Below are positions 38,137 through 48,223 of a stretch of 64,000 bases of DNA, in pieces (position 1 is the first letter of the stretch; each line of letters opens with the position of its first letter). The DNA is from Alphaproteobacteria bacterium. GTDB taxonomy: Bacteria > Pseudomonadota > Alphaproteobacteria > MPNO01. The stretch covers positions 1,984,001 through 2,048,000 of the forward strand of contig CBDFLJ010000002.1 of NCBI GenBank assembly GCA_965248835.1, written 5' to 3'. The notes beneath the pieces are model-generated. The model did not search any database. It worked only from the letters and a program-made list of their open reading frames with translations, and was not told where the DNA came from. A program made the position numbers and the translations under genes.

Positions 38137-39843
38137 GTGGGCGAGGCGCTGAGCTTGGAGACCGACGTGGTGGTCGCCGGCGGCGGCGGCGCGGGCATGT
38201 ACGCCGCCATCGCCGCGGCCCGCAACGGCGCCCGGGTTGTGCTGATCGACAAGAACGTCATCGGCCGCGGCGGCGCTACGATCATGGCGCAAATGACCTG
38301 CGCGGCCGCCTTGTCCGAGACCGAGCCGGACGCCCCGGCGCTTCACACCGAAGATACGATCGAGGCCGGACGCGGGCTGTGCGACGAAAACCTCGCGGCG
38401 CTTCTATGCGACAACGCGCCGCTGCGCATCCGCGAGCTCAGGGGCTGGAGGGTCGACTGGGCCGAGGACGAGCGCGGCCGGATCAAGCAGGTCATCGCGC
38501 CGGGCCACGGCCGCAAGCGCTGCTGCTATGTCGACTTCCTGCGTACCGGCGCGGCCATATCGGCCGCGCTGCGCAACCGGATAAGCAGGACCGAGCCGAT
38601 CCGGCGTCTGAGCAATGTGAGCCTGACCGAGATCGTCGTCGACGATGGCCGGGTCCGCGGAACGATCGGCCTGGATCTGCCGACCGGCGCACAAGTCGCC
38701 ATCGCGGCCCCGGCGGTCGTGCTCGCGAGCGGGGGCCTGACCAGCCTGTTCCGGCGCACCACCGCCTCGAACAATATCGCCGGCGAAGGCATCGGCCTCG
38801 CCTTGAGAGCAGGCGCGCGGCTGGTCGATATGGAGTTCGTGCAGTTCTTCCCGATGGGCCATCTGGCGCCACGGCTGGTCGGGTTGGATCCGACGACCTG
38901 GGAGCCGATGCGGGTCAAGCTCGGCGGCCGGATCATCAACCGCGACGGCGTGGAATTCATGAACGACTACGGCCGCGCCGAGGCCGCGACCTACAATTCC
39001 ACCCGGGACCAGCTCACCTATGCGATCTACAAGGAGGTCGAGGCCGGGCGGGGATCGCCTCATGGCGGGGTCTATCTTTCGTTCGAGCATATCGACGAGC
39101 CGACCATCCGCGCCGCGATCGGGCCGGCGATCGACATCTTCCTGCGCAACGGCATCGACCTCACCAAACAGCCTGTCGAGGTCTCGCCGATCGCCCACTA
39201 CCTGATGGGCGGCATCGAGGTGAATACGAGGCTGGAGACCTGTGTCGAAGGCCTTTATGCGGCCGGCGAGGCGGCCGGCGGCGCCAACGGCGCAAACCGG
39301 CTGTCGGGCAACGCGCTGCCCGAGGCGGTGGTGTTCGGCGAGCGCGCCGGACAGTTCGCCGCCGAGTACGCGGCCGCCGCCGGCTCGGCCCGGCGCAGCG
39401 CTGTCGTTGCCCGCGATGCGATCGAGCCGATCCGCCCGCGCACGCACCGCGCCGTCGGGCCGGACGCCTCGCCCAAGGCGTTGACCAACGAGCTGCGGAG
39501 GCTGATGTGGGACAACGCCGGCCCCTTCCGCGACGCGCGGCGGCTGGGCACCGCGCTCGAGCGGATCCGAACCATGCGGCGGCGCGACCTGGGCGACCTC
39601 GACGTCGGCCGGGAATTGGCGTTCAACACCTCGCTGGTCGAGTGGTTCGAGCTCCGCAACGGGCTCCTGGCCGCCGAGGCGGTGGTGCTTGCCGCGCTGG
39701 GGCGCGAGGAAAGCCGCGGCGCCCATCAAAGGATCGACTTCGTCGAGACCAGAGCCGATCTGCAACGGCCGCAGGTCATATCGCTGCACGGCGATGGCAT
39801 GGTCTCGGCCTTCGACAGCCATCGGGCGAGGACGCCGGCATGA
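38137..39843 (+). CDS. SdhA/FrdA/NadB-fold flavoprotein, non-canonical
   Basis: GGGGAG, LASGG, DMEFVQFFP, TRD, HYLMGG, GANRLSGNAL, ESRGAH; GTG start. Confidence 0.88.
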   Translation: MGEALSLETDVVVAGGGGAGMYAAIAAARNGARVVLIDKNVIGRGGATIMAQMTCAAALSETEPDAPALHTEDTIEAGRGLCDENLAALLCDNAPLRIRELRGWRVDWAEDERGRIKQVIAPGHGRKRCCYVDFLRTGAAISAALRNRISRTEPIRRLSNVSLTEIVVDDGRVRGTIGLDLPTGAQVAIAAPAVVLASGGLTSLFRRTTASNNIAGEGIGLALRAGARLVDMEFVQFFPMGHLAPRLVGLDPTTWEPMRVKLGGRIINRDGVEFMNDYGRAEAATYNSTRDQLTYAIYKEVEAGRGSPHGGVYLSFEHIDEPTIRAAIGPAIDIFLRNGIDLTKQPVEVSPIAHYLMGGIEVNTRLETCVEGLYAAGEAAGGANGANRLSGNALPEAVVFGERAGQFAAEYAAAAGSARRSAVVARDAIEPIRPRTHRAVGPDASPKALTNELRRLMWDNAGPFRDARRLGTALERIRTMRRRDLGDLDVGRELAFNTSLVEWFELRNGLLAAEAVVLAALGREESRGAHQRIDFVETRADLQRPQVISLHGDGMVSAFDSHRARTPA

Positions 39844-40196
39844 ACCCGCAAACCGATGCCGCGAATCCGCGCTTGCTCGCACGGCTGAAGGTATGGCGCG
39901 GGCGGCCGGGCGAGGCCGGGCGGCACCAGGAATACGAGGTCCCCTACGAGGACGGCGACTCGGTTCTGGACGGCCTGGTGCGCATCCGCGATTTGCACGA
40001 TCCCGGACTCGCGGTCCGCTTCAGCTGCTTCAACGCCAATGTATGCAAGGAATGCACGATGGTGATCGACGGCCAGGTGGGGTATGCCTGCATGGTCAAG
40101 CTGCGGCCCGGCGTGACCCAGGTCGACCCGCTGGCCAACCGGGCGCTGATCCGCGATGTCGTCACCGATACGGTGTCGCGCAAGGAAAGGATCTAG
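39840..40196 (+). CDS. Stand-alone 2Fe-2S protein (SdhB N-terminal-like)
   Basis: SVLDGL, FSCFNANVCKEC...YAC, PL...IRD; 118 aa; ATGA overlap with the flavoprotein. Confidence 0.85.
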   Translation: MNPQTDAANPRLLARLKVWRGRPGEAGRHQEYEVPYEDGDSVLDGLVRIRDLHDPGLAVRFSCFNANVCKECTMVIDGQVGYACMVKLRPGVTQVDPLANRALIRDVVTDTVSRKERI

Positions 40197-40308
40197 CGGC
40201 CCGCCGGTTTTGACAAATCAACGCGCGGTGGCCGGCTGCATCGGCGGCGTGCTAGGGTCGGTAGTTGGGTCGCGGTAAAGTAGAGCCACCAATGGTCGCA
40301 CTCAAATC

Positions 40309-40325
40309 GCATGTCAATGACATGC
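40309..40325. promoter_or_regulatory. Perfect palindrome, putative operator
   Basis: GCATGTCA-A-TGACATGC, 25 nt upstream of the ABC binding-protein start. Confidence 0.6.
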
Positions 40326-40350
40326 ACTCAATCAGGCTGGGGAGGACAGA

Positions 40351-41565
40351 ATGAACATGGATGTCAGCAGAAGGTTCGCCTGCGCGGCCGTTTCGGCGGC
40401 CGCCGCGGCGCTGGTTCTTGGCGCCTCGGTCGGGCAGGCCCAAGACGTCATCAAGATCGGCACGCCGCTCGCCCTGACCGGGCCGCTTGCCGATGAAGGC
40501 AAGAAACAGCAAGTCGCCTACGACATGTGGCTGAAGCGCGTCAACGCGGCCGGCGGCATCGACGTCGGCGGGCAAAAGATGAAGGTCCAACTGGTCGCCT
40601 ACGATTACCAGACCAATGGCAAACGCGCCCAGCAGATCGCCGAGAAGCTGATCACCAGCGACAAGGTCGATTTCCTGTCCGCCCCGTTCGGATCGGGCCA
40701 CACCAAGATCGTCGCCGCGGTCGCCGAGCGCTACGGCGTACCGCTGATGGCGTCGGTGTCCTCGTCATTGTCGGTCTACAACCAGGGCTTCAAGAACCTG
40801 TTCGGCACCCTGGCGCCGAACACCGGCTTGACCGATGCGATGTTCGCTCACTTCAGATCGGCGATGCCGAACGCGAAAAAGGTCGCAATCCTGGGGCGCG
40901 ACGACGTGTTCCCGAAATCGATGGCCAAGGCGCTTTCTAAGGACGCGGCCAAGTTCGGCTATGAGGTGGTCTACGATGAGCTCTATTCAGTCGGCACGCT
41001 GGACCATTCCTCGGCGCTGTCGCGCATCAAGTCGCTCAAGCCCGATTGGATCTACATCACCGGCTACACCTCGGACCTCGTGCTGGCGCGCAAGCAGATG
41101 GCCGATCTGGGTGTCCATGCGCCGATCATCACCATGATCACCGGCCCGGCCTACAAGGAGTTCGTCGACGGGCTGGGCAAGCTCGCCGAAGGCGTAACCA
41201 GCGCCTCCTGGTGGCATCACGCGACGCGCTATACCACCGATGACGTGTTCGGCTCGACCGAGAATTTCTACAAGGCGTTCGTCGCCCGCGAAGGCCACGA
41301 TCCCGACTACGTGCACGCGTCATCGGCCGCCGCGCTGATCGCCCTTCAGAAGGCGATCGAGAAAGCCGGCTCCAAGGACCGTGCCAAGGTCCGCAAGGCA
41401 CTGGCCGACCTGGATATCGTGACCTTCTACGGGCCGATCAATTTCGGCGCCAATGGCATGAACCAAGTGCGCAAGCTGCCGATCATCCAGATCCAGAACG
41501 GCAAGCCGGTCGTGCTGGCGCCCGCCGATATCAAACAGGCCAACATGGTCCCGGCGGCGAAGTGA
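40351..41565 (+). CDS. LIV-type ABC transporter substrate-binding protein (1)
   Basis: Signal peptide, IKIG..LALTG, VNAAGGI, APFGSG, TFYGPINF; GGAGG RBS. Confidence 0.92.
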   Translation: MNMDVSRRFACAAVSAAAAALVLGASVGQAQDVIKIGTPLALTGPLADEGKKQQVAYDMWLKRVNAAGGIDVGGQKMKVQLVAYDYQTNGKRAQQIAEKLITSDKVDFLSAPFGSGHTKIVAAVAERYGVPLMASVSSSLSVYNQGFKNLFGTLAPNTGLTDAMFAHFRSAMPNAKKVAILGRDDVFPKSMAKALSKDAAKFGYEVVYDELYSVGTLDHSSALSRIKSLKPDWIYITGYTSDLVLARKQMADLGVHAPIITMITGPAYKEFVDGLGKLAEGVTSASWWHHATRYTTDDVFGSTENFYKAFVAREGHDPDYVHASSAAALIALQKAIEKAGSKDRAKVRKALADLDIVTFYGPINFGANGMNQVRKLPIIQIQNGKPVVLAPADIKQANMVPAAK

Positions 41566-41711
41566 CGGCATAGCGGCGGCCGGCTCGCCGGCGGGCGGGA
41601 GAAGCTCGATCGATCCCTGCCCCGCCGGCGGCCCGGCCGGCGCGATTGCGCCGGCAAGCGCCGGCCGCGGCGCAGTCTCCGCGCTCGGCCTCCCACCGCT
41701 AGAGCTGGTCG

Positions 41712-42569
41712 ATGATCCCGCAAATCCTCGCCAACGGTATCGTTCTCGGTGCGCTGTATGCCTGCATCGCGGTCGGCTTTTCGCTGGTATGGGGCGTGCT
41801 GAACGTCATCAACATGCTGCACGGCTCGTTCATCATCCTGGGCGGCTACATCACCTTCTTCGCCTATGTCCATCTCGGCATTCATCCGATCGTCTCGCTG
41901 CCGGTGGCCGGCGCGGTGCTGTTCGTGTTGGGCTACGCGATCCAGCTCGGGCTCATAAACAAGGTGGTCACCCAGCCGGTGCTGACCACCCTGACCCTGA
42001 CCTTCGGCCTCGACATGATCATGTACAACGCGATGACCGTCGCGTGGACGGCGACGCCCCGGCGGGTCACCCTTGATCTCGGCCGGTTGGAGTTCGCCGG
42101 CATCCTGATGCCGCTCGATCGCGTCGCCGCGATGCTGCTCGCGTTGATCCTGACCGGCCTGCTCTTCTGGGTGCTGCGCACTTCGCGCACCGGGCGTGCC
42201 ATCGTCGCGGTTCGGATGGACCGGGCCGCGGCGGCGTTGATGGGTATCCGCGTCAACCGCATCTATGCCATCACCTTCGGAATCGGCGCGTTGATGGCCG
42301 GCGCGACCGGCAGCTTGATGGCGATCGTCTTTCCGGTGACCGCAAACCTTAGCGGGCTGTTTCTCGGCAAGGCGTTCGTCGTATGCGTCATCGGCGGCCT
42401 CGGCAGCGTTCCGGGCGCGCTGGTGGGCGGCCTGGTGCTCGGCGTGATCGAGAGCTTTGCCGGCCATTGGCTCGGGCCGCAGCACGCGGTCACGATCGGC
42501 TTCGCGCTGATGCTCGTCCTGCTGATGACTAGGCCGACCGGCCTGCTCGGCAAGCGGGGATACGAATGA
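41712..42569 (+). CDS. LIV-type ABC permease (LivH-like)
   Basis: GFSLVWGVLNVINMLHG, GRAIVAV, IGGLGS. Confidence 0.92.
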   Translation: MIPQILANGIVLGALYACIAVGFSLVWGVLNVINMLHGSFIILGGYITFFAYVHLGIHPIVSLPVAGAVLFVLGYAIQLGLINKVVTQPVLTTLTLTFGLDMIMYNAMTVAWTATPRRVTLDLGRLEFAGILMPLDRVAAMLLALILTGLLFWVLRTSRTGRAIVAVRMDRAAAALMGIRVNRIYAITFGIGALMAGATGSLMAIVFPVTANLSGLFLGKAFVVCVIGGLGSVPGALVGGLVLGVIESFAGHWLGPQHAVTIGFALMLVLLMTRPTGLLGKRGYE

Positions 42570-43500
42570 TGGGGCGCTACGGCGTGCTCGGGATCGGCGT
42601 TCTGGCGGTGATCGTGCTGCCGTTCGTCGCCGACAACTACCTGGTTCGCACGGCGACGTTCATCTGCATGTTCGCGGCGCTGGCATTGTCGTGGAACTTC
42701 ATCGGCGGCTATGTCGGCTACCCGTCCTTCGCTACCGCCGCCTTCTATGGGCTCGGCGCCTATGTCGGTGCGCTGAGCCAGCGCCACGGCCTTCCCATGG
42801 CTGCCGCCTGGGTGGTGGCGACGGTGTTCGTGGGCGCCTTCTCGGCCGCGCTCGGCTTCGCCATCCTGCGGCTCCGCGGCCACTATTTCGCCATCGGATC
42901 GTTTGCCAGCGTCGAGGTGCTGCGACTGGTGATATCGTCCTGGAGCGGTCTCACCGGCGGCGGCGACGGGCTGAACGTGCCGATATATCCGGGCGGCCCG
43001 GAGGTCGTGGGCCAGCTGTTCCTCTATGTCATGTTGGGGATCATGCTGATCGTGCTGGCCGTAACCATTGCCGTCGACCGCGGCAGGCTCGGGTTCGGGT
43101 TCCGCTGCATTCACCAGAACGAGGAAGCCGCCGACATGGTCGGCGTCGACACCACGCGTTACAAGATCACCGCCTTCGCGCTGTCGGCGATGTTCTGCGG
43201 CACCATCGGCGCGGCCTACGCCTCGTGGACCAACTATATCGACCCCAACGATTCCTTCGACATCCTGTTGACCCTGAAAGTTCCGGTGATGGCGCTGTTG
43301 GGCGGCGCGGGCACGACGTTGGGGCCGATCCTCGGCGCGGCTTCTTTCGTCGTCATGGAAGAGTTGATCTGGTCCGAGTTCCTGGAGTTCAATCGGGCGA
43401 TCCTGGGTCTGGTCATCGTGATCTTGATCTTTTTCCTGCCCAACGGCCTGCTCAGGCTGCCCTATCGCGCGCTGGCCGCGCGGCTCGGCGGGACGAGCCG

Positions 43501-43504
<4 letters not shown>
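42566..43504 (+). CDS. LIV-type ABC permease (LivM-like)
   Basis: WNFIGGYVGY, LRLRGHYFAI, TGGGDG, LGGAGT. Confidence 0.92.
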
Positions 43505-44257
<753 letters not shown>

Positions 44258-44265
<8 letters not shown>

Positions 44266-44974
44266 GCCGCTGCTCAAGATAGAGCAACTGACCGCCGGCT
44301 ATGGCGACGTCCAGGTCCTGTGGGGCATCGACCTCGAGGTCGCGGCGGGCGAGATCGTCTGCATCGTTGGATCCAACGGGGCCGGCAAGACGACACTGCT
44401 GGGCACCGTCTCCGGTCTGGTCCCGGCAACCGGCGGGCGGGTCGTGTTCCGGGACCGCGACGTCACCGGCGCGCCGCCTGATGCGATCCTCGCCCACGGC
44501 ATCGCCCAGGTGCCCGAAGGCCGGCGCCTGTTCAGGGGGCTGAGCGTCAGGGACAATCTCTTGCTCGGCGCCTACTTGCGCCGCGATACGGCCGAGATCG
44601 CACGCGACATGGATTTTGTCTATTCGATCTTCCCGATCCTCAAGGAACGTCACGGCCAGGATGCCTCGACGCTGTCGGGCGGCGAGCAGCAGATGTGCGC
44701 GCTCGGGCGTGCAATCATGTCGCGGCCGGTGCTGCTGATGATCGACGAGCTTTCCCTGGGGCTCGCGCCGCGTGCGGTCGAGCGGCTGGGCGAGGCGCTG
44801 ATCGAGATCAACAAGAGCGACATCTCTATCCTGCTGGTCGAACAGGACCTGCTGACCGCCTTCGAGCTGGCCGGCCATGCTTTCGTCATCGAGACCGGCC
44901 GGGTCACCGTCAGCGGCCCGACGGACGCGCTAGCCGATGACCCGATGATCCGGCGCGCCTACATGGGGATCTGA
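44258..44974 (+). CDS. LIV-type ABC ATPase (LivF-like)
   Basis: GSNGAGKTT, PEGRRLF, LSGGEQQM, DELSLGLAP. Confidence 0.93.
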
Positions 44975-44992
44975 TCCTGGGCCCGGCCAGGG

Positions 44993-47263
44993 TCACCGGT
45001 CCGCCTCGGCAATCAGCGCCCACACCCGGTCCGGCGACAGGGGCAGCGCGTGGGGCTCGACCTCGAGCGAGGCGAGCGCGTTGGCGAGCGCGTCGATCAC
45101 GCCGCCGACCGGGACGGTGCCGCCCTCGCCCGCGCCCTTGACCCCCAGCGGGTTGATCGGCGAGGGGTAGTTTTCCAGCGAGATGGCGCGGACGTTGGCA
45201 AAATCGGTTGCCACCGGGAGCAGGTAGTCGGCGAGCGAGATGGTCATGAGCTGGCCGGAGCGGTCATAGACAAGCTGCTCCTGGAAGGTGCCGCCCAGCC
45301 CCTGGACGACCGCGCCGACGGCTTGGCCGTTGAGCGTCATCGGGTTGACGATCCGGCCGACGTCCTCGACCGCGACGTAATCGATCAACGCGATGGCGCC
45401 GGTCTGCGGGTCGACCGCGATGTGGGCGGCATGGGCGCCGAAGGCATAGGTGTGCCTGGTGTTCAGAAACTCTCCGTCGGCCGAAAGCGGAGCGAGGTCG
45501 GACCAGGCGATGCTGCGCCCGCTCGGGCCGCGTACGGTGCCGGCGCCGATCTCGACGTCTTCGGCGGCGCAGTTGAGGTAGCGGCCGGCCGCGGTGCGGA
45601 TAGTCCGGCGCAGATTGTCCGCAGCATCCAGGATCGCCGATCCGCCCATGACCACCGAGCGCGAATGGAATGAGCCGTAGCCTTCCTCGAGATGCGTGGT
45701 GGAGCCGTGATGGACCGTGATCCGGTCCATCGGCAGCCCGATCTCATCGGCTGCGATCTGCACGCACACCGTCTCTAGCCCCTGACCGAGGGCGGCCGAG
45801 CCGACAAACAGTGCGACGGTCCCGTCGGGTTCCAGCCGGAAGCGCGCGGTCTCCTTCGGTCCGGCCGCGCCGCCCTCGACGAAGCAGCCGATCCCCAGCC
45901 CGTGATACCTTCCATCGACCAGGGCGCCCTGTAGCGCCTTTTTGTCCTCCCAGCCGATCTCGGCCAGGCACCGGTCCAGCGTCTCCTGGTAGTCGCCGCT
46001 GTCGAGCGCGGAAGCCACGGGCGCAGGGGAGATCGCGGGCAGGGTGTAGGGCATCGCGTCCGCGCTCACCAGGTTGCGGCGGCGGAACGCGATGCGGTCG
46101 ATGCCGAGGTCGCCGGCAACGAGATCGAGCATGCGCTCGCGGAAGAAGTCGACCTCGAAGCGGCCCGGGCCGCGATAGGTCCCCGACGGCGTCTTGTTGG
46201 TCAACAACACCGTGCATGAGACGTCATAGCTGGGGACACGGTAGGGGCCGGCCAGGAACATCGCGACATTGCGCGCAGGGATCACGCCAGCGGTCGTAAT
46301 ATAGGCTCCGACGTCGCACACCGCCCGGCCGCGCAAGCCGGTGATCATGCCCGCGCTTGTGCACGCGATCTCGATCTCGCAGGCGACGTCGCGGGCGTGG
46401 CTCGACGTCATCATGTGATCGCGCCGGTCCTCGGTCCACTTGACCGGGCGGCCGGTCAGGCGCGCGGCAAACGGGATCAGGAAGTCCTCGTGAGTGAACT
46501 CGCCGCGGGCGCCGAAGCCGCCGCCGACATCGAGCTCGATCAGGTCGACGTCAGATTCGGGAAGGCCGATCAGCGCGCTCAGGATCGCCCGGTTGGCGAA
46601 CGGGACTTTTGCCGCACCCTGGACGACCAGCCGGCCGGCCGCTGCATCCCATTGGGCGAGCAGCCCGCGCGGCTCCATCGGCACCGCGGCGTGGCGATGG
46701 ACGGCGAACGTCTCGCGGCGGGTGTAGTCCGCGGTGGCGAACGCGGCCTCGGCGTCGCCGTCCCGGCCGGTGTAGACGACCGCGACGTTCGAGCCGTGCG
46801 CCTCGAACAGCAGCGGCGGCCCGGCCATTGCCGTGTCGCGGTCGGCGATCGGATCCAGCGCCTCGATGTCCAGAGCCACCGCGTCGCGCCCGTCCTCGGC
46901 GGCCGCCGGGCTGTCGGCGAGGACCACGGCAACCGGCTCGCCGACGAACCGCACCTTGTCCGCAGCGATCACCGGACGCTCGAACGCGGCCAGGGTCGGC
47001 ATCGGAAACAGCCGGATCGGAATTCGCGGCACCTCGGGACCGAAATCGGTGGCGGTGATCACCGAATGCACGCTCGGCAGCGCCAGGGCGTCGATCGGGT
47101 CGATCGCGCGTACAATCCCGTGGGCGACCGGGCTGCGCAGGACGACGGCATGGAGCTGGCCTGCCGCGCGCACGTCGTCGCTGAACGTGCCCCGGCCGCG
47201 CAGGAAACGGCGGTCCTCGATCCGCTTGACCGGTTGGCCGATGAAGGGGGCGGAAGACGTCAT
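44993..47263 (-). CDS. Xanthine dehydrogenase-family molybdopterin-binding subunit (2)
   Basis: RIEDRRFLRGRG, DVGGGFG, TYRGPGR, LGQG, SFHSRS, KGAGEGG; true start 47263, not the 49537 of the ORF track. Confidence 0.92.
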   Translation of the reverse strand: MTSSAPFIGQPVKRIEDRRFLRGRGTFSDDVRAAGQLHAVVLRSPVAHGIVRAIDPIDALALPSVHSVITATDFGPEVPRIPIRLFPMPTLAAFERPVIAADKVRFVGEPVAVVLADSPAAAEDGRDAVALDIEALDPIADRDTAMAGPPLLFEAHGSNVAVVYTGRDGDAEAAFATADYTRRETFAVHRHAAVPMEPRGLLAQWDAAAGRLVVQGAAKVPFANRAILSALIGLPESDVDLIELDVGGGFGARGEFTHEDFLIPFAARLTGRPVKWTEDRRDHMMTSSHARDVACEIEIACTSAGMITGLRGRAVCDVGAYITTAGVIPARNVAMFLAGPYRVPSYDVSCTVLLTNKTPSGTYRGPGRFEVDFFRERMLDLVAGDLGIDRIAFRRRNLVSADAMPYTLPAISPAPVASALDSGDYQETLDRCLAEIGWEDKKALQGALVDGRYHGLGIGCFVEGGAAGPKETARFRLEPDGTVALFVGSAALGQGLETVCVQIAADEIGLPMDRITVHHGSTTHLEEGYGSFHSRSVVMGGSAILDAADNLRRTIRTAAGRYLNCAAEDVEIGAGTVRGPSGRSIAWSDLAPLSADGEFLNTRHTYAFGAHAAHIAVDPQTGAIALIDYVAVEDVGRIVNPMTLNGQAVGAVVQGLGGTFQEQLVYDRSGQLMTISLADYLLPVATDFANVRAISLENYPSPINPLGVKGAGEGGTVPVGGVIDALANALASLEVEPHALPLSPDRVWALIAEADR

Positions 47264-47380
47264 TGGCTCGGTCCCTGCGGTCGATTCCCAAGTGGCGCGG
47301 CGCGACCCCGGGCAGGTAGTCTGCGGTCGCGCCGCACACTTGGCTATCCTGCCACAAACGGCGCGAACGGACCGATCGCC

Positions 47381-48082
47381 ATGACCGCGCACATCCACCA
47401 TGAAGAAAGGCACTTCGTCCATCGCATCAACTGGCTGCGCGCGGCCGTGCTCGGTGCCAATGACGGCATCGTGTCGACGGCGAGCCTTGTCGTGGGCGTG
47501 GCCGCGGCGGGCGCGGACCGGCAGACCCTGCTGATCGCAGGCGTTGCCGGGCTGGTCGCGGGCGCGATGTCGATGGCTGCCGGCGAGTACGTATCGGTCA
47601 GCAGCCAGGCGGACACGGAGCGTGCCGACCTCAAGGCCGAGCGCCTTGCGCTCGATGCCGAGCCGGAGGCCGAGCACGAGGAGCTGGCGCAGATCTACGC
47701 CGCCCGCGGCGTCGAGATCCGGCTCGCGCGGCAGGTCGCGACCCAGCTCATGGAGCACGACGACCTGGCAGCCCATGCGCGCGACGAGCTCGGCATTTCC
47801 GGCACCGTCCGTTCGCGCCCCGTCCAGGCCGCGCTGACCTCGGCGGCGACGTTTGCGGTCGGTGCCGTCCTGCCGCTGGCTGCCGTCGCGCTGGCGCCGC
47901 ACAGCCAGGCGATCACCGTCGTCTCGATCGCCTCGCTCCTGAGCCTGGCCCTGCTGGGCGCGGTCTCGGCGAGGATCGGCGGCGCGGGCATCGTCAAGGC
48001 GGCCGCGCGGGTGACGATCTGGGGGGCGCTCGCCATGGCCCTGACCGCGGCGATCGGCGCGGTGTTCGGCACCGTGATCTGA
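47381..48082 (+). CDS. VIT1/CCC1-family Fe/Mn transporter
   Basis: LRAAVLGANDG, SMAAGEYVSV, HARDELG. Confidence 0.93.
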   Translation: MTAHIHHEERHFVHRINWLRAAVLGANDGIVSTASLVVGVAAAGADRQTLLIAGVAGLVAGAMSMAAGEYVSVSSQADTERADLKAERLALDAEPEAEHEELAQIYAARGVEIRLARQVATQLMEHDDLAAHARDELGISGTVRSRPVQAALTSAATFAVGAVLPLAAVALAPHSQAITVVSIASLLSLALLGAVSARIGGAGIVKAAARVTIWGALAMALTAAIGAVFGTVI

Positions 48083-48223
48083 CCGGCAACCGACAACCGG
48101 AAACCGCGCCGGGGATGCCGATTCCAGACTGCCAAAAACCGGAGAAAATTGTGAAAGCATCGCCGTTCCGGGTGACTCCGCCGGGCGTGACAGCCCGGCG
48201 CACAACCGCCACACTGCGGTGAA

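Noticed and set aside
38137-40196. Succinate dehydrogenase sdhAB
   Set aside because: No covalent-FAD His, altered QFHPT, truncated FeS subunit and no sdhCD
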